Notes under the pieces: model-generated
Told to the model about the DNA's origin: nothing
Database searches by the model: none
Seen by the model: the letters and a program-made list of their open reading frames with translations, nothing else
In this document: positions 1-23,578 of the stretch, piece after piece
Position numbering within the stretch: position 1 is the first letter of the stretch
Layout: each line of letters begins with the position of its first letter
Source of the DNA: Chrysomallon squamiferum
Lineage: Eukaryota; Animalia; Mollusca
DNA: 64,000 nucleotides
Direction: 5' to 3'
NCBI GenBank assembly: GCA_012295275.1
Contig: CM022673.1
Location: 28,334,001 to 28,398,000, forward strand
Program-made: the position numbers and the translations under genes

Positions 1-1413
1 TAACAAAAGTAAAGGACAGAAAAAAAAAGAGAAAAAAAAAAAAGATAAATCGAAAAGAAAGAAAGAAAAGACGTTTGGTATTAACATATAAATAACATAG
101 TATTATAAAAACGAACAAAAAACAAAAACAAAAAACACACACAAAGAAATGGTGCACTAGTATGCATAACGAAAACAACGAAATGTTATTCACTCTGGAT
201 CTGACAAATTAATAAAGAAAACTAAGAAAATGATGAAATTCAAACTAAAATTATGAAAGATCAAAACAGAAGAGATAACAAAATAGATAAAGGAAGAAGA
301 AGAAACGAACTGAATAAATAAATTTATTTACAAAAAAAACACAAAAAAAACAAGAAAAACGAGTAGAAGAAATAGAAGGAAAAGGGCATATATCCGCCAA
401 GACCAAAGAAACCATTATAATGACTCCTCATAAATATTTTAAAAACAAAAGGGCCATGAACACTGACCGCAATAATTTATTGTATTTCTTTAACACAAGC
501 GGCAAAGAGCTTTTTGTGTTTGGATAGAACAAATGGGAACGTACATGGTTTGTTCGAATCGATATTTTGTTTCATTGAAAACATAAACGAATCTGAGCCA
601 TTCTTTAATTTCCAAGACTTCTCTGGTAGACAAAAACCTGGAAGACGATCGATATTTTGCTTAATGTTCGATAAATGAATATCTGAAGTTTATTTATAAT
701 TTCAACAGAAACGTACCAATCTAATTCTTGAAGCATTAAATTCCAGGATGTTCTGTTGTAATTTAAAACACAAACAAAAGTAAACTGTTCGTCAGTCCTA
801 TTCCCATTTTCTTGCCATGCAAAACGCACAAAAAGATATCGATAATTTATTTAATGATCGATAATAATTTTGCTTTAGAATATTTATGATTTCGGCAGAG
901 CTGTGTGTGTTTTGTTATTGATCTTGAAAAGTTAAAACTCCGGATGTGAAAATTGAATTCGTTATTCCAGCTTTTTACAAGCTTCTGACATTGTAATTAA
1001 ATCAACTTGGTTGGTTTTAATAGGTTTCTAATTTAATATTCATAGGAAAAAATAATAATTACGAAATATTGCAGAATATATGCATCATTTATCATTTCTT
1101 TATTGTATTTATTCACGAACTGAAAGTATTGCAAGAGATTCACAGAAGAGATGATGAATTCGCGATTCATTTTATCGCCCGTCATATTGTGAAAAAAATA
1201 TTGTCTGCCCATAAAATTGTCTTTCTAAATTATGTTTCAAAGAATGAAGTCTTTTAGGCTAAATTAATTTAATATTAATTGGTTTAATAGATTTTGTCAG
1301 AGTTGTGGTACTGACAGTTTTAGTTTCAGAGCTGGCTCGAGTGAAAATCTGAAGAGAGAGGTTTAAATGATGAAAGAGACATTATGAAAAAAAAAAAATA
1401 CAAACATGAGTCA

Positions 1414-1450
<37 letters not shown>

Positions 1451-2519
1451 TTCAAAGACTTAGGGTTATCAGTTAAGTTAGAAATTAGTTTCCAAAATGT
1501 CCCAATGTGGTCAGAGCTGAATGGATTTGACTACTAAAATTCTGGATGATTAAAACATATTTATATATTCTGATGTATTCTGAGAGAATTATGAGAGAAA
1601 AAGAAAGAAAAAAAGGATAATATTTGAAACAAAAACAAAATTAAAAACATTTCATCAGAAATAACCCATATACCCACATTAATGGAACATACTTTCGCTC
1701 AAATAATCCTATCGCTAAGATGAATCATTTCTGCTTGGACCAGACAGAAATTATTTTTCTCATTTTAAAGTCGTTTGTACTTCAGAAATTAATCATCTGG
1801 ATTAAATTATTTTTACCGAGTAAAGAAAATCACTTTTGTGTTTTAAAGGAAACTCTGGCTTCCGAGTCTGTTTGACTTTTAACCCAAACGTTTTTCATAG
1901 TGAATCCATATATAATAATCTATCGATTGATAAGAAACTGTTATCGAACGAAAAGAAGATATTTCTTTTCTTTATCCGACTCACAATCGCTAATTCTTTA
2001 CCAAGTTAGCTGTTCCATTGTGCGGTTTCTTATGGAGCTGTCGCTGATTATACGACGGCAGCAACAAATGCGGAAACACCATTAGAAATTGTTCCTGTAA
2101 AATTTCATTACGCAGATTGATTCGAATCCACTGACATTCCTCAGTAATAAATCTGACAGAGCCATAAATAATTTAAATCAATCTGGAACTATTTTTCTAG
2201 ATCTCACGCAACGAGTTCATTTCCTTTGAAGTGAAATAATTGTTAGAGGAATATGGATCGTTAAACAATGCGGGTTGCTGATGATTAAACGTCTTAAGAA
2301 AGCCCGGCCATGTCGACAGAAACACCGAGAGTCCAGTTCAGGTATTGACAAAGGATGTATGTGAAACAATGGTGTTTCCGAGAAAGACCCACGTTCTCGA
2401 TCGTTTTAACATAACAACTCCATTTTCAGCTTTCGTTATTGTTTACGATATCCCTTGCTTAACCTAAGCTCGCAACGGTAAATAATATATTATGTACACG
2501 TGTATGAACAAGTACTGCT

Positions 2520-2521
<2 letters not shown>

Positions 2522-2597
<76 letters not shown>
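2522..2597. repeat. (CT)n microsatellite
   Basis: Direct inspection. Confidence 0.98.
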
Positions 2598-2599
<2 letters not shown>

Positions 2600-3482
2600 T
2601 TACTGTTTTTACTTCTGCTACTATGTTTACAACGATTTAAGAAATATATTTATTTTTATTACTTTTTTTATAATGATAGTAATGATGATATATGTTATTA
2701 TGGCTGATAAAGATGAAATTATCATTTGGCAAAACACATCTATAAAAGTTTTATGTAAGAAAGATATGAAGAAAAATCGTAATTAAATGAATAGGAAAAA
2801 CTAGGTCGCAAGGGGGAATAAGTCTCTCGAAAAAACGCTCTTTTATTGACCTACATTTCACAAGCTCTTCTGAATTAAAAAAACAACAACAACAACAAAA
2901 ACTAAAATTAATAAATAAAAAAAAAAAATAAAAATAAAATTAATAATAATAATTAGCTCCATTTAATCTTAACATCATTCATAACTGCTACAAACGCTCA
3001 TTAATATCAGGTTTGTTATTTTAATCATTAACTAAATGAATTTCGCTGCTTAGACAAAAATCAAAACAAAGCCTGTGTAATGTATGGACAAAGATCGACT
3101 GACCTCGAAGCATCGTTAATGTACTGGATGCACGCACATAAACTGAATATTAATAATTGATTTTGACATTTGTTGCCAGAGTTGCTTTTTTACTTTGTTT
3201 GAATAAGCAACGTTATCCTAGCAGGATGTCTTGTTTTTATCACCAAAAAGTGTTCCGCTATCTGGTCCGCCTAGACTGATTGCAGTTATTGCCAGTTAAG
3301 CAGGGATATTAAATAATAAATCTGATACAACAGCTGCGTACATATGTCTTTATAAAATATGTTAGACATAGTGTTGACATATACTTATTTGTATACTATT
3401 ATGTATAATACATACTGTATAATTATATAGCGACATAAAAACATATGTGTGTGTGTGTGTATATATATATATATACACACAC

Positions 3483-3485
<3 letters not shown>

Positions 3486-3562
<77 letters not shown>
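3486..3562. repeat. (GA)n microsatellite
   Basis: Direct inspection. Confidence 0.98.
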
Positions 3563-3565
<3 letters not shown>

Positions 3566-4393
3566 ATAAAATATGTTTGGAATTTACAGAATAATAAAAT
3601 CTTGCAGGAGATATTATAATAATAATTGCACAATTATTATTACCTCTAGCATACGGTTTTGTTGTAGTTTGTGTTTGTGTCTGAGTGTCAGTGTAGGTAT
3701 ATCGCCAAGCAGTTTAAATGATGCACAATATAATGTGATTCTTAACAGTTCTGTTGTTTGTTTTTTTTTCCTTGAGACGTCAAATTAACCTCCTTTTTTT
3801 CGTTTGTCGCTTTTCTAATGTTATTACATTATTTATGATATTTCTTTAAAAAAGTAATGTGCATTATTTTATATCTGCCAAATGTTGTTAGTGAACGGTG
3901 GGTCAAGTTAAAACAGTATTTACTGTTATTTAAGCAAAAAATCCTTACAGGGGACAAACTGACCCAGTACCGTTATAAATGTCTTACTGAAAAATAAATA
4001 AAGCATTAACGTCAAATACACTATGTATGTATGCAGATATATTTTAAATTTGTTTTCCTATTTCTAGATAAGTTATAGTATTTTAGCTAGATTGCGAGTC
4101 TCATGGTTTACCATAGTGAAAGAAGCAAAGGCTTCACAATCTAACGAAACGCAGATGCAAACGATTAGTTGCAGCTAATCAACTAGAGTATTCTGCGAAG
4201 TTACCGTACCGATTTGTAATTGTCTTTGTTACAGTGAAAGAAACAAAGGAAGACTCTTCACCTAGTTATTTATTCACCATTCCCCCCAAAAAATAAACAA
4301 CAGCCGTGAAGCAAATCCAAAATATTCAACAAACACACATACACTCTGCTGCACAAATTAATACTGTTAACATTAAAACAAATAATTTACTAC

Positions 4394-4396
<3 letters not shown>

Positions 4397-4474
<78 letters not shown>
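4397..4474. repeat. (CT)n microsatellite
   Basis: Direct inspection. Confidence 0.98.
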
Positions 4475-4478
<4 letters not shown>

Positions 4479-4677
4479 TAATCATTATTATAATTATTTA
4501 TTTACATACACTGAGTATAATCAACATTATTTTCTTTATTTTCCTTTTTTTTTTGATTGCCTTTTTGCATTGCTCCTTTCGCCAACGCTAAAATCATTAC
4601 TTTAATTAATCAAATGTCTGTGTCGTTTAAACCACATTCAGTAATCTCAAGCGTTTTTTTTTTGTTTTTTTTTTCAG

Positions 4678-12613
<7,936 letters not shown>

Positions 12614-13239
12614 TGCAATTTCAAAACACACACAACCACAGACAACACACATACACGAAAAAAAGGAAAAAAGAAGAAAAAAAAAGAAAAGATCAAATGC
12701 AATATTATAAACTGTCTTTTCTTATTGATTTTGTTTGTTATCAGTGAAACAGAATTCTAAAGTGGATCTCGTGGGGTTTTTTGTTTTTGTTTTTTTTAAA
12801 ATTGTTTTACGGTATTTATTTTTTGAATATAATGACGTGGAAATGATTTTTGTTCCAAAAACGCCCACGGATGGAGATGTTTAATTAATTTTTATTATTG
12901 TGGTTTAAAAATAGAAATATTTCTAAGATGAAATACACTCTGAAGCTGTCATTCTAAATTGTTTCTCCGAATCTGTGGCCGGTCATTCAGCTGTTTTAAA
13001 ATTACATCTTGATTAGTGAACGATGAAAATCTTACTGAAAATAAAATTATCATTATAATCAATTTAATCAGTTTTATCACATTCTGATTTTGCGTTATAA
13101 TTCTTTTTCAGTGACGTTATTGAAGAAAATATTCTAGTGATGATGAGAGCAAAGAATAATTTGAACACATAATTAGGAAAGCACATAGTATAAGTGTCGT
13201 AAATTATTATTATTATTTTTATTATTATTATCATCATCA

Positions 13240-13279
<40 letters not shown>

Positions 13280-14394
13280 TATTACTATCATCATCATCAT
13301 CATTTTGTAATATTATTATTATTAGTATGACTTATGCAAGAGTTAAAATGTCTTACCAACTTATTATAACAGAAATTTGCTTATTCCATTTTTTTTATCC
13401 TTTTTAAAATATTTGTTATAAAGTTTTATTTTAATTTAATTTAAATGTTGTTCAGTTAGACTTCCACAATTTGTTTTTAATTTTTAATTTTGTATATTAT
13501 TCATCATTCTTCTTTTCGCTGTTTGTATTTTTTTTTTTTTTTTTTTAACGTTTTCGATTTTGATGCATGATGTGTGTCGTTATTTTAAATATTTATATAA
13601 TATTATTACCACTAATTTAAAACGGAATGCAGTTTTTAAAACATTTTTATCTTTCAAGATATTTTAAGTAGCTTATTGATTTCTCACTTTAGATTTTTGA
13701 AATGCACAAAACGAAATCTTCATAAAAAAAAAAAAAAAAATGTTTTTTTATTTTTTTTTTTTTTTTAAAATCTACTATCTGTTTAAACTGATCAGTGATT
13801 TGAAGTGGTGGCCTAATTTTAAATTATAATACCTTTACATCAGTGACGAAAATTTATTTTACTGAAAAAAAAAAAATATATATATATATATCTAATTAAA
13901 GATAAAGACTGCACTGGCTTCGGTAATTTTAACCAGGCATGACCCGAACACAACCTAATCATCTCTGTTCCGAACACAAATCCTATATTTGCCGAAATGT
14001 TCTGCTTGATACAAAGAAAACTGAGTTTTGGTGATTTTTTCTTAATCTGGCCTTATTCGCATATCGTAAAGAATTTAATTCCTTATAGACTTTTGCAATA
14101 ATGCACATTGTTGACGAATGTCCATGGATGAAGGTTTGTTAAATGCTATGTGTTTGTTGTAATTTATTTTTTATATCTGCCATGATGTTTTTCTTATAGA
14201 ATAAGTAAGTTAGAGATGTTAGACTGTTTAAAATTCATTGAAACACTGCTCGAATTTGCTGTACTTTTGTTTAATACTATTATATTCTAGCACTGATGTG
14301 ATATTGTTTGAATATATTTCACCTCTGTATAAGTTTGCTGATTCACACAATATTAGATTGCTGACATATAAACGCAAGACGATATACACTATCA

Positions 14395-14432
14395 CATATC
14401 CATACATACATATATATACATACATACATACA

Positions 14433-14463
<31 letters not shown>

Positions 14464-14775
14464 CTATATATATATAGATATGTATGTATGTATGTATATA
14501 TATACCTATATGTATATGTATATTAGTCACACAAAACACATTCATAACAACATACAAACACACATACACACATACATACATATTGCATATACATATCCAC
14601 ATACGTGCATATATACATGCAATCACATACATCCAAACATACAGAAACATGCGCATACATACACACAACATACACAAAGAAATACACATATGTATGTATA
14701 TACTTGCAAATACATATATAAATATATACATACAAGCACATACATACAAATTTACGTAAACATATACATTTATAC
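14395..14775. repeat. Degenerate (TACA)n/(TATG)n repeat
   Basis: Direct inspection. Confidence 0.93.
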
Positions 14776-15021
14776 ACGAGCAAATTTCATTGGTATGAAC
14801 GTATTTTATATTTGTTAATGTATTTTATGCAATGTATTTACGATTCCGTGTATTTTTTAATTTTAAAGAGACAAATAACACCACTATTTAATTCTTATAG
14901 TAACAGTTAATATTATATTGACATTTCATTAAAGTTATTTTTAATATTTGATTATTATATACGTAAGTCTTTTTCGTATACTCGTCTTGAAATACTCTTC
15001 TTGAAATTCTATTAATATTGA

Positions 15022-15063
<42 letters not shown>

Positions 15064-15067
15064 CGTG

Positions 15068-15098
<31 letters not shown>

Positions 15099-15630
15099 CT
15101 ATCATCATTATCATCATTATTTATTAATAAATGATAGGAAAAACAAATCAGTTCCTACAAATTATTTTTGACGTAACAGATAAACAAATATACACTGCAA
15201 ATATCCTCTTAACAAAAAATGAATAAAGCAATATTCGATTCTGGAAATACGTTTTTGTTTTCCAAATTAAAATTCAATAAAGGAATCACCGCTCCTTGCT
15301 TGATTTATACCGTCTCAGGAGCCTGCAGGATACTGTAATCATATTTTCTCTCTTCTTTATTATTTTCTTTTGCAACCAGTCTAAATGCAAATACGTACAG
15401 AACGTTAAATCAAAGGATATTTGTCTTTATATTTGTTTGTTTGAATTCTTTCCAAGGTTGGGCTAAAATTTCACATGACCTTTAAAGAGTTTCTTTATGG
15501 CGTTATAAACAAGCCGACTGAATGCATTTTTTATTATTTCGTAGTGACTAATTTATGTGGCTGTTTCGAGACCAGTCATTTTTTTCATAGTAAAGAACGA
15601 CGTGAAATTAGCCTGAATGACGTTCTTTAT

Positions 15631-15688
<58 letters not shown>

Positions 15689-15770
15689 CTTTGTAGTGAT
15701 ATCATATGTATATATTTTAAAAAAATATATATAATAATAAAAAAGACTGAGATACTGATTATATGACATT

Positions 15771-15801
<31 letters not shown>

Positions 15802-15812
15802 TATTATTACTA

Positions 15813-15848
<36 letters not shown>

Positions 15849-16955
15849 CTATTATAATTATAATAACTATTATCATCATCATCATCATCATCATCATTAG
15901 TTTACTTTAACAACCTTTTTATTCTAACTTTTATACGTATAAAAACACAGTCACGATCAGTTTGATATTTTATTATTAGTAAAGGTTGATGGCTAGTAAC
16001 AAAAAGAAAACAATCACTTCGAAATGTACAAAAAGGAAACTCCTGTGATTTGAAAGTATAACCAAGACACACGTTTCTCTATTGTAGTGTACAGTGTATA
16101 TATATACTATATATGCAACACGTTTTATACATTTGTTTTCATACCGTCATGTTTTTTCTCAGCATAAGTTATGTTCAGAGGATCTGTGTTAACTTTGCAA
16201 TATTACCTTTACTTCAGTGAACTGAATTATCTTTCCATAGTTGTTCCATTATGCAATATATTTGTGTTTTTTTCAATTTGTACATAATTATATAAAACCA
16301 ATAACCTTTGTAAATAATAATTTTATGAACACCTATTTGTAAGTCAGTTACCTTAAAATTAAACAGCAACATTGAAAATATACTGTGTTTGATCTTATAT
16401 GTTTACAGACGTACTACACATTACTACACTCACAGCACTTGTAAATTGTTTTGACATGTATAAAGACAACTGAAATGGTTATGCGCTGTTTTTGTGGATT
16501 CATTATAAATTTATATACATACACACACACACACACACACGTGTGTGTGTGTGTGTCTGTGTGTGTGTGTGTGTGTGTCTGTGTGTGTGTCAGAAAAAAA
16601 CCTTGCGTATTCTTTATCACAGGTAACAACAAAGCATTTGCTGATTTATTCTCCATAATTTCAAGACAGAGGGATTTCCGACTCTAGCCTCACAAATCGT
16701 AACCCCCTTTCAGAAATCCTTGCTCTGCGCTCAGTCTGTTCGGCCTGATTGTGCAAGCAATCCATCTTTCTACATCGTTCTGTCTTTGAACTTTGGGCAC
16801 TAATCTTATTTCTTGTCTTGTGCTGCAGCAAACCCAGACGGACCAGACGGAACCTAATAGAGCGTCGCTACCAAGCTATTTATCATCTTCTTTCAGTGTT
16901 TCTAATTAATGACCTCCCAGGACCGAAAAGGAAACAACAGGAAAAGTCTGGAGAG

Positions 16956-16994
<39 letters not shown>

Positions 16995-17298
16995 TCGATT
17001 AAAAAAAAATTGTTTAACAGTGTTAGGTAATCGTAAGTTCAGTTGAAATAGACTCGGGACCTGCGATTGTAATGTCACAATGAAAACTGACAGAGTTAAT
17101 GAGAGCCCACGTAGCGCTTTGTCTTCATTCTTTCACACAACAGATGCTATCCAAAGTGGAAACACGATGCTATCAATAATAAACCTATACTTAAAAATAA
17201 ATCCGTAGAAAATATTTATTCTTAATATAGGTATAGGTATATTTACATATTTGATAGCATCATATTTACATTTTCCATAACATCTATTTACACACACA

Positions 17299-17340
<42 letters not shown>

Positions 17341-18400
17341 ATAAATTATACTTGAATTACGAACTACAAATTCTTTCACGTTTTGCTTTAGACGGCTGCA
17401 AGTTCTAATGATCTGATTCAAGGGAAATAACTCTCAATGTTAATAAGCGTACGCTAATAGTGTCCCACAGTCAGCTATTACAAACAAGCATAGATAGATA
17501 GATAGATAGATAGTTAGATAGATAGGCAGATAGATAGACAGATAGACAGATAGATAGATAAATAGACAGATAGATAGATAGACAGTTAAGATAATATATG
17601 ATAAAAAAAATGGCACAAAAGTATTAAGGAACAGTTAAATAAATAATCATATTTAAAATTCTTGCTATCTTATTTGATAGGATCATGTGACCTCACAGTA
17701 TCCTGTTTCTGTAACTGTTGTCTGCTTAGCAGCTGAGAAGTGGGCGTACACTTACGCACACGCACACGTCTGTTTTCGAGAAAAGTTGCATCTGCGTCTG
17801 AAACCGGTCGTTAATTAATATGTCATAAACACGTAAACTGTCTTCTGATACAAAGCAATGCTTGCTGAACGAAGTCGTTAACAAATAGTCTCATATATTT
17901 TCTTTTGAAAGTCTTTTAAAAATAATTGTTAATAAATAATTTGTTAATAAATAATTCGTATTATTTTCTTTCTTTCTTTTTTTTTTTTTTTTTTTTTTGT
18001 TTGTTTCTTTCTTTCTGACATTTGTTTAATTTTGGTTTAAATTATATTTAAAAAAGAATAGAAAAATAAAGAAATGATGCCAGTTTAGTGTAATGAGAGA
18101 TAAATTGTTCGAAATCTTTCTTACAGTATTTCTTTATTTCTTTATATAAGAATCATAATAAGATAGTTTTTCAAACTCAGATATTATATAATACTGCTTG
18201 AAAAATTCCGTAACGTTTTATGTATTTCTTTATTATATCATGCATTTAAAAATATGTGAATATACATACACGCATGTATGTATACATACATACAAACAAA
18301 CATACATACAAACATATACATACATACAAACATACATATATACATACATACAGACATACATACATGCATGCATACATACGTACGTACGTACGTACATACG

Positions 18401-18590
18401 ATAAATTGATCGCCTTCGGAGTGCGGGAGAATGGGGTGCCATACGTTCGAGTCTCGTCAGCGGTATTTGACGGGTTTGTGAGGTCGTGATTGGACTTTGT
18501 CCTCCTGCGCCAGTGCGTTCCCGAATATTATCTATGTGCAGAGTCTAATCAGACGTACATACGACAGAGAATAGTCAATTTCCTAAACCA
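18401..18590 (+). mobile_element. tRNA-derived SINE-like fragment, family A copy 2
   Basis: B-box GTTCGAGTC at 18445-18453; body homologous to 8860-8947; GC-rich island flanked on both sides by (TACA)n. Confidence 0.65.
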
Positions 18591-18663
18591 CATACATACA
18601 TACATACATATATTCATATACACATACAAACAAACATACATACATACATTCATACATACATAT

Positions 18664-18696
<33 letters not shown>

Positions 18697-18740
18697 TACA
18701 TACATACATACATACATACATACATACATACATACATACA

Positions 18741-18774
<34 letters not shown>

Positions 18775-18908
18775 CATAGATACATACACAAGCTACGTAC
18801 ATCCATCCATAATATTCACATATGCATTAATGTATTACTGTTTGTGTCTTTCAGTTTATTTCAAGTTCATTAAAGTCAAACGTTCATAAAACATCTTTTT
18901 AAAATAAA

Positions 18909-18939
<31 letters not shown>

Positions 18940-19009
18940 ATAACATTAATTTCGTTTAGGGAATTATGTTAGACAAATCACCTTGACATTATTATTATTA
19001 CCAGAACAT

Positions 19010-19176
19010 GTTTTCGAATCCCCTGGCCTGACAGACAGGGAGGAGTCTGAGAACCGAGGCGGCAAATGGAAACATCTATTAAATGAACTCTCTCGCAACA
19101 CGACATGGAGATAAAGTCCAATCTGCGCTCGGCTCGTCTCTGCTGGGGTGTCGTTAAACAGCCATCCATTCACCAC
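19010..19176 (+). mobile_element. Possible SINE fragment, second family
   Basis: GC-rich island starting with B-box-like TTCGAATCCC and ending GGGGTGTCGTTAAAC plus a CCAT/TTCA-type tail. Single copy in window, so support is indirect. Confidence 0.4.
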
Positions 19177-19997
19177 CTCGCATTAGCGTCACATAATTTA
19201 TAGCTTACACTGACAAACCACGCTTTTAACGTAAATTGCCGATCAATATCGTTCCAAATTGTCGTTCGTTCGTTCGTTCGAAGCCCCGAGAATTCTTGCT
19301 TTAACGCAACACGTGATTCGTTTTATTTGTTTAAACAGCAGTGGTGGTATTATCGAGGTGGGGAAAAAAAATAAGAAAAAAAAAAAAAAAAAAAAAAAAT
19401 TTTTTTAAAAAGGATGCAAGGTATAAATTAGATTATGTGTCTGGAAAGAAGAGGGTGGGGGGGTAAGTGTATGAAATCATTGTTTGTAGTTAGTTATAAT
19501 GTATCTAGGCACATGAAATAGGTATAAATTAGATTATAGTCGGGTTATAATGCATTTACGTGCTTCAAACAGTTAAGAGAATGTTTCACTTATATTAGAC
19601 GAGGTCTGTGTTCGCGTCTTTCAGTTGTCTTTGTACTGGCACATACGACACAGAACCAAGAATCACTGACCTTCAGCTGTGAGATATACTGAGAAATAAC
19701 TGTCGACAGTATGAGGTAATCGTGAAACTCTTTTTTTTTCGTCTTGTTCTTATTTATGTATCATTTTATCATCATCGTCATCATTATCGATATGTTTATA
19801 GTCATCGTCATCGTTATTATTAGCATCATCATTATTTATTTATTTATTTTTATTATTATTTATTTATTTTATTATTATTATTATTATTGTTATTGTTGTT
19901 GTTGTTGCTGCTGCTGATATTATTATTGTTATTGTTATTATGATTATTACTATTATTATTACTATAAATTGTAATTATTTGATCATAAACATTACAA

Positions 19998-20055
<58 letters not shown>

Positions 20056-20818
20056 GTACAAGTGTGTCCATATATATATATATATATATATATAGATATG
20101 AACAAATGTATATTGTCCCGAAATAACTCAATGACTCTTTCAACGTATTAATTAATCTGAAATGGAAGCTGTGTACTTTAGCTTTTAAAATCAACACAAA
20201 ACCAATTTATCTTCTTCCCGGTCCATTATGTTACAAAAATATATACATACATTATAAAAAGAGAATTCCTTCTCTTGTTTTGTTCGTTTGTTGTCCGTCA
20301 TTGTGTTATTGGTAAGATGAACCAATACGTTCAGTATTAATTTGCCAGCTAAAAACTACAAATTGACTTCATCACTGATGGCACATTGTGTTCGTCATTT
20401 ATCACCGTTAAGTGCCCAAGAACGATTAAGATCTACGTTGACATGACGCAGGCAAATTCAGTCGAGTGTATATTTTGTATACAAATGTGGAACAAGAAGG
20501 TATATTTTGAAACGGGAGCATCAGACGGTAAGATGTAACTGTATTAATAGTGTGTGTTGTTGAGGTGTATCGATACATATGTTATTTTGAGAATTACATT
20601 AAAACGGTTATCTGTTTTAATTTATGTAATCAGTGATGATTTCAATTGTTTCTGATGCAATATTTAAAACATAAAATTATTTTGTTTCTAAGACACGAAA
20701 TTATTGATAGTCACACAGAGTATGCTAAACCTAATTCAATAATACTGCTTTTGAATAACGTGGTTATGATGAATAATGCAATTACGGCATATCTGGTTCG
20801 ATAACAGCCGAATTGATT

Positions 20819-20887
<69 letters not shown>

Positions 20888-20951
20888 TTCTGCATAAAAG
20901 TGTGTGTAATACAAGTTTGAAATTAACGAAGACATATTTTTTATCTTATAG

Positions 20952-21007
<56 letters not shown>

Positions 21008-21138
21008 TTTACTATTATTATTTTTATTATTATTATTATTATGTTAATTTTTGTTAAGGAATATAGGATGTTTTTGTATCATACCCACACCTAGACCCAC
21101 CCACACATATACGTATGTGTTTCATATCATGCAGATTA

Positions 21139-21257
<119 letters not shown>

Positions 21258-21314
21258 TATGTATGTGTGTGTGTATATATATATAGAGAGAGAGATATGT
21301 ATGTGTGTGTGTAT

Positions 21315-21361
<47 letters not shown>

Positions 21362-21796
21362 TCCATTTAAGAAAGTAACAATATCCTGCTAAATATTACT
21401 GAATCCTCTTTAGCAGCATGTCTGTCCTGAATTATAAAATATCTCAGTAATGACGTCTGTTCGTTTTGTCCTGTAATTGAAACGTGATCTATTCAGGTAT
21501 TGCTAAACCACGGCCAGTCACTTGACACAAAAATAAATTAGACACCGTACACTATACCAATAACAAAAACGAAGACAGAACTAAGTGGAAAAAGTCTACT
21601 AAGATGAGTTACCTTTGTTGTAGTTATAGTCTCTACGGTTAAACAATTGTTAATATTTCTTGCGCCACTGCAGGAACAGTCTTTAAGTTATGCAGTCCTT
21701 ACAGAAACAAACTTCTTGTTTTGTCTTGTCTGTAGTTTCAGAGATGAATTTTCTTATTTGTCATAAGTTTTTGATCTGATTATCTATAACATAATA

Positions 21797-21835
<39 letters not shown>

Positions 21836-22181
21836 TTTTTAGTGTGTGTATTTTTCACTTTATAATTTGTTTTGTTCTCTTCTTTCATGTTTTCTCACGT
21901 ACTGATTCATTAACTAATTCTTCTTTTCTTTTAATTTTGTTAAACGAATATCAGAGCAAATTAAGTAAATCGGTTTTCATTATCTTCTTTTAAAAGTCAA
22001 ATCCATCGATTAGAACGATACTATGCTATTTGATTTGATTATTTGTTTATTTGTTTGTTTGTTTGTTTATTAAATTATTCATTTATTAGTTACAGCTGAA
22101 TTTAATTATCACCATACGTTCAAAATAAAATATAAATTGATGCTTTATAACTTGTTAATTCGAAAACATATAAACTTTACC

Positions 22182-22440
22182 AAAATAAAATAAAGTAAAA
22201 TAAAATAAAAATAAAACCAAAAATAAAAATAAAAATAGAAATAAAAATAAAAGCAAAAGTAAAAATAAAACAAAATAGAATAAAGTAAAGTAAAATAAAA
22301 ATAAAAATAAAATAAAATAAAAGTAAAAATAAAAATAAAATAAAATAAAAATAAAAGTAAAAGTAAAAGTAAAAATACAAATAGGAATAAAAATAAAAAT
22401 AAAATAAAATAAAAATAAAATAAACAAATAAATAATAACA
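22182..22440. repeat. Degenerate (AAAAT/AAAAAT)n repeat
   Basis: Direct inspection. Confidence 0.92.
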
Positions 22441-23014
22441 TTAACATTAATAAATACTCATGCAAGGTGATTTCGAAGTATTTATCTTTTCGTATTTTAT
22501 TTATTTATCCAGTTATTCACGACACACTTCAGTTTTTCTATCACCACGCAATTAATATCACACAATCAAAGAAACAAACGCTTCATCATTCGAATACATT
22601 AGTTATTTATTCGAAATTTGCATCGCAGCGTGTATTTTGTTTATTTTTGTTGTTGAAGTAATGTGTTTGTCGCAAATACTGCGCATCCTGTTTTACCAGT
22701 TAATGAAACTAAAACGGACTCGAGTGTCTTGCTAAGATAGAAACTGTTTTCAATATGCGACGTTAAATTGCATTAGTTGCTGCGTGTCGGTGTGTACCCA
22801 TAAAACCGTCTTCACAGCATCTACAGTTTAACAAGGGAAATGGAAGTATGTTTAGACATGTGAGTATAGTTTACTTGGTGGGGAAAAAACGTCTGTGTTA
22901 CTTGTTACATCATATTTTATTTCATTTGTGAATCCAACTTATATTGCATTTGTCATTTTTCTCAAGCTTAACGTTTTAGACATTCTTCGATAGATGGTAG
23001 GTAGTGAGACAGAT

Positions 23015-23128
<114 letters not shown>

Positions 23129-23501
23129 GACAGAAACAGTGAAAGATTGAACGACAGACGGAAAGATGGAATGAATATATTTATTTTTATTATTGTTGTT
23201 TTGTAATTATTATTATCATCATCATCATCATTATTGTTATCATCAAGGTAGAATAACTTTATTTCCATTACATGTAAATATATTTCACTGGTTTTTTTCA
23301 GGGATTTTTGTGATAAATAAATAAGATAAATGAGATAATGGATTTCTTTTGTATCGTTGTCTGTGGCTCTGTTTGGCAGGCTTATCACCACGACACACCA
23401 CATTAGTGATAGCCATTATCGACGTCCCAGAAAGATAATGTTTAGTTAGCTACATTGTGTGACACTTTCACGTCCAAACTTAAATCTCATTTTCATGCTT
23501 C

Positions 23502-23578
<77 letters not shown>

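Noticed and set aside
1900-2085. ORF with a mildly hydrophobic segment considered as the missing S1 exon
   Set aside because: No match to the Hv S1 pattern (LVVLDALLVLAELILD-like) and no suitable splice sites.
2281-2341. ATG-initiated stretch (MIKRLKKARPCRQKHRESSS) ending in CAG|gtattg, phase-compatible with the Hv exon at 4678
   Set aside because: It encodes no S1 helix or selectivity Asp and shows no Hv similarity. It could be an alternative first exon, but that cannot be supported without transcripts.
16700-16730. CCCCCTTTCAGAAATCCT motif resembling a MITE terminal repeat
   Set aside because: No matching inverted partner or target-site duplication was found nearby.
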